A DNA stretch of 64,000 nt, taken from positions 186,001 to 250,000 of the forward strand of contig QPGO01000030.1 of the NCBI GenBank assembly GCA_008632985.1, given 5' to 3'. The number at the start of each line of letters is the position of its first letter. Position 1 is the first letter of the stretch. Of this stretch, positions 62,176 through 64,000 are shown one piece after another. Below the pieces are notes generated by a model that was given only the letters and a program-made list of their open reading frames with translations, searched no databases and was not told the DNA's origin. The translations under genes and the position numbers were made by a program. This DNA comes from Psammoneis japonica (taxonomy: Eukaryota).

Positions 62176-64000
62176 ATGCTTGACGAGAGCGACTACGAGG
62201 AGGACTTCTTCAGCGGCGATGACTCTGACTTCGACGACGAGAACGAGCAGCCCGTCGTTGCGAGCAAAGTCAAGGCAACAACTGCCAAAGCGACGAAGGT
62301 CACCGTGGCAAAGAAGTCGAAGGCAAGCAAGTCGACATCTGCTCTTGTGGAGACCACGAACGCCGTCGTTGCGCCCAAGGCCGCAAAGTCGTCCAAGACC
62401 GTGGAGCAAATCTACCAGAAGAAGACTCAACGCGAGCACATCTTGATCAGACCCGACACCTACAGTGAGTTTCCACGTCATTGCCCGAGCTACAGTTGCT
62501 TTCGATTGCTCTGTTATCGCCACAGCACTAACATCGTCTATGTCTTAATCTGTATCAACAGTCGGTTCGGTCGAGCCCGTCACGCAACCAATGTTTGTGT
62601 TGGACGCGGAAACGAAGCGTATCGTTCAGCGGGAGATTACCTTCACCCCAGGGCTCTACAAGATCTTTGACGAGATCGTTGTCAACGCCGCCGATAACAA
62701 GCAGCGCGATTCCACTATGGACAAGCTCGACATTGTTGTCGACGCGGAGGACAACCTCATTTCGGTCAAGAACAACGGAAAGGGTATTCCTGTTGTCATG
62801 CACAAGGAGCACAACATCTACGTTCCGACCTTGATCTTTGGCCATTTGCTTACTGGATCAAACTTTGACGATAACGAGAAGAAGACTACCGGCGGTAGAA
62901 ACGGATACGGCGCCAAGCTCACAAATGTCTTCAGCACGGAGTTCACGGTTGAGTGCGTTGATGCCGAGCAAGGCCTCAAGTTCAAGCAAGTTTTCCGAAA
63001 CAACATGCTTGACGCCGAGAAGCCGATCGTGGAGAAGTGTAAGCCTATGGAAAAGAAGCAAGGCGACTACACCAAGATCACTTTCTCGCCGGACCTCGAA
63101 CGGTTCAAAATGGAGACTCTCGACAACGATACCGTGGCTCTTCTGTCCAAGAGAGCCTATGATATTGCAGGTAGCATGGCGAATCGTGCTGGAAAGCGCC
63201 TCGCCGTCACTTTGAATGGAGAGAAACTTCAGATCAAATCCTTTCGTGACTATCTCAAGCTCTTGGACGGAGTCAATCCCCCGACGCCTTTGAAAAGGTC
63301 GGTGATCGTTGGGAGGTCGGTATTTCTCTATCTGACGGCAGTCCCCAGCAGATCTCCTTTGTCAACGCTATTTGTACTTCCAAGGGCGGTGGCCACGTAA
63401 ATTATATTGCGGATCAGGTTGCGAGTCACCTTGCCAAGACTATCAAGAAGAAGAACAAAGGCGGCGTTCCAGTGAAACCCAACCAAATCAAGAACCAACT
63501 CTGCGTCTTTGTGAACTGCCTCGTCGAGAATCCAGCATTCGATAGCCAGACCAAAGACTTTATGACGACAAGCACAAGTCCTTTGGATCGAAGTGTGAGC
63601 TTTCTGCCAAATTCTTGAAGGCGGTGGACAAGAGCGGTGTTGTGGATGCAATCCTGTCGTTCGCAAAGTTCAAGCAAGGACAGGCCCTGAAGCGGAAGGG
63701 CGGGGTCAAGAAGAGCAAGCTGACCGGGCATTCCAAAGCTTGACGATGCAAATCACGCCGGTACTGCAAGTCGAAAGATTGTACCTTGATCATCACGGAA
63801 GGAGACTCAGCCAAGTCCTTGGCAATGTCGGGTCTCTCGGTTGTCGGCCGTGACTACTATGGCGTGTTTCCGCTGAAAGGAAAACCTTTGAACGTTCGCG
63901 AGGCCAAGCACGCCCAAATCATGAAGAACGATGAGATCAGTAACATTGTCAACATAATGGGGCTAAAGTACCACACGGAGTACGACGAAAACAACATCAA
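62176..64000 (+). CDS. TOP2: DNA topoisomerase II, 5' part (intron 62465-62561)
   Basis: EHILIRPDTYIGS, KIFDEIVVNAADN, GGRNGYGAKL, TEGDSA, FPLKGK. Several apparent 1-nt indels between ~63285 and 63775. Confidence 0.97.

Noticed and set aside
63280..63780. Multiple frameshifts in TOP2
   Set aside because: The residues are otherwise conserved and the indels lie in or near short homopolymers, so consensus errors are the likely cause.

Overview
Eukaryotic gene-dense DNA, most likely a diatom (short GT-AG introns, signal peptide plus 'AF/SF' plastid presequences, a type III metacaspase). Ordinary genes include a SAP-domain protein, a thylakoid-lumen protein, metacaspase, TSR3, two HAD phosphatases, MED7, a dynamin-related protein, ERGIC3, an NSDHL-like dehydrogenase, CSN2 and TOP2. 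They alternate with five sharply bounded blocks (~1-8560, ~12050-14545, ~27715-38560, ~42770-50630, ~57140-58280) in which TpA is nearly absent and appears converted to TpG/CpA; in four of the five, CpG is also lost. Two observations stand out. (1) The Ty3/Gypsy element at the start carries, between RNase H and integrase, a ~330-aa insert with the motif order of a cytosine-5 DNA methyltransferase but with degenerate catalytic motifs. (2) There is a region-restricted TpA->TpG/CpA hypermutation, the reverse direction of fungal RIP. It is visible in conserved Tyr->Cys/His changes, in differences between tandem-repeat copies and at block edges, and it also seems to affect host-like genes. Several single-base indels in conserved genes look like assembly errors. 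All homology calls come from motif recognition by eye; no searches were run.
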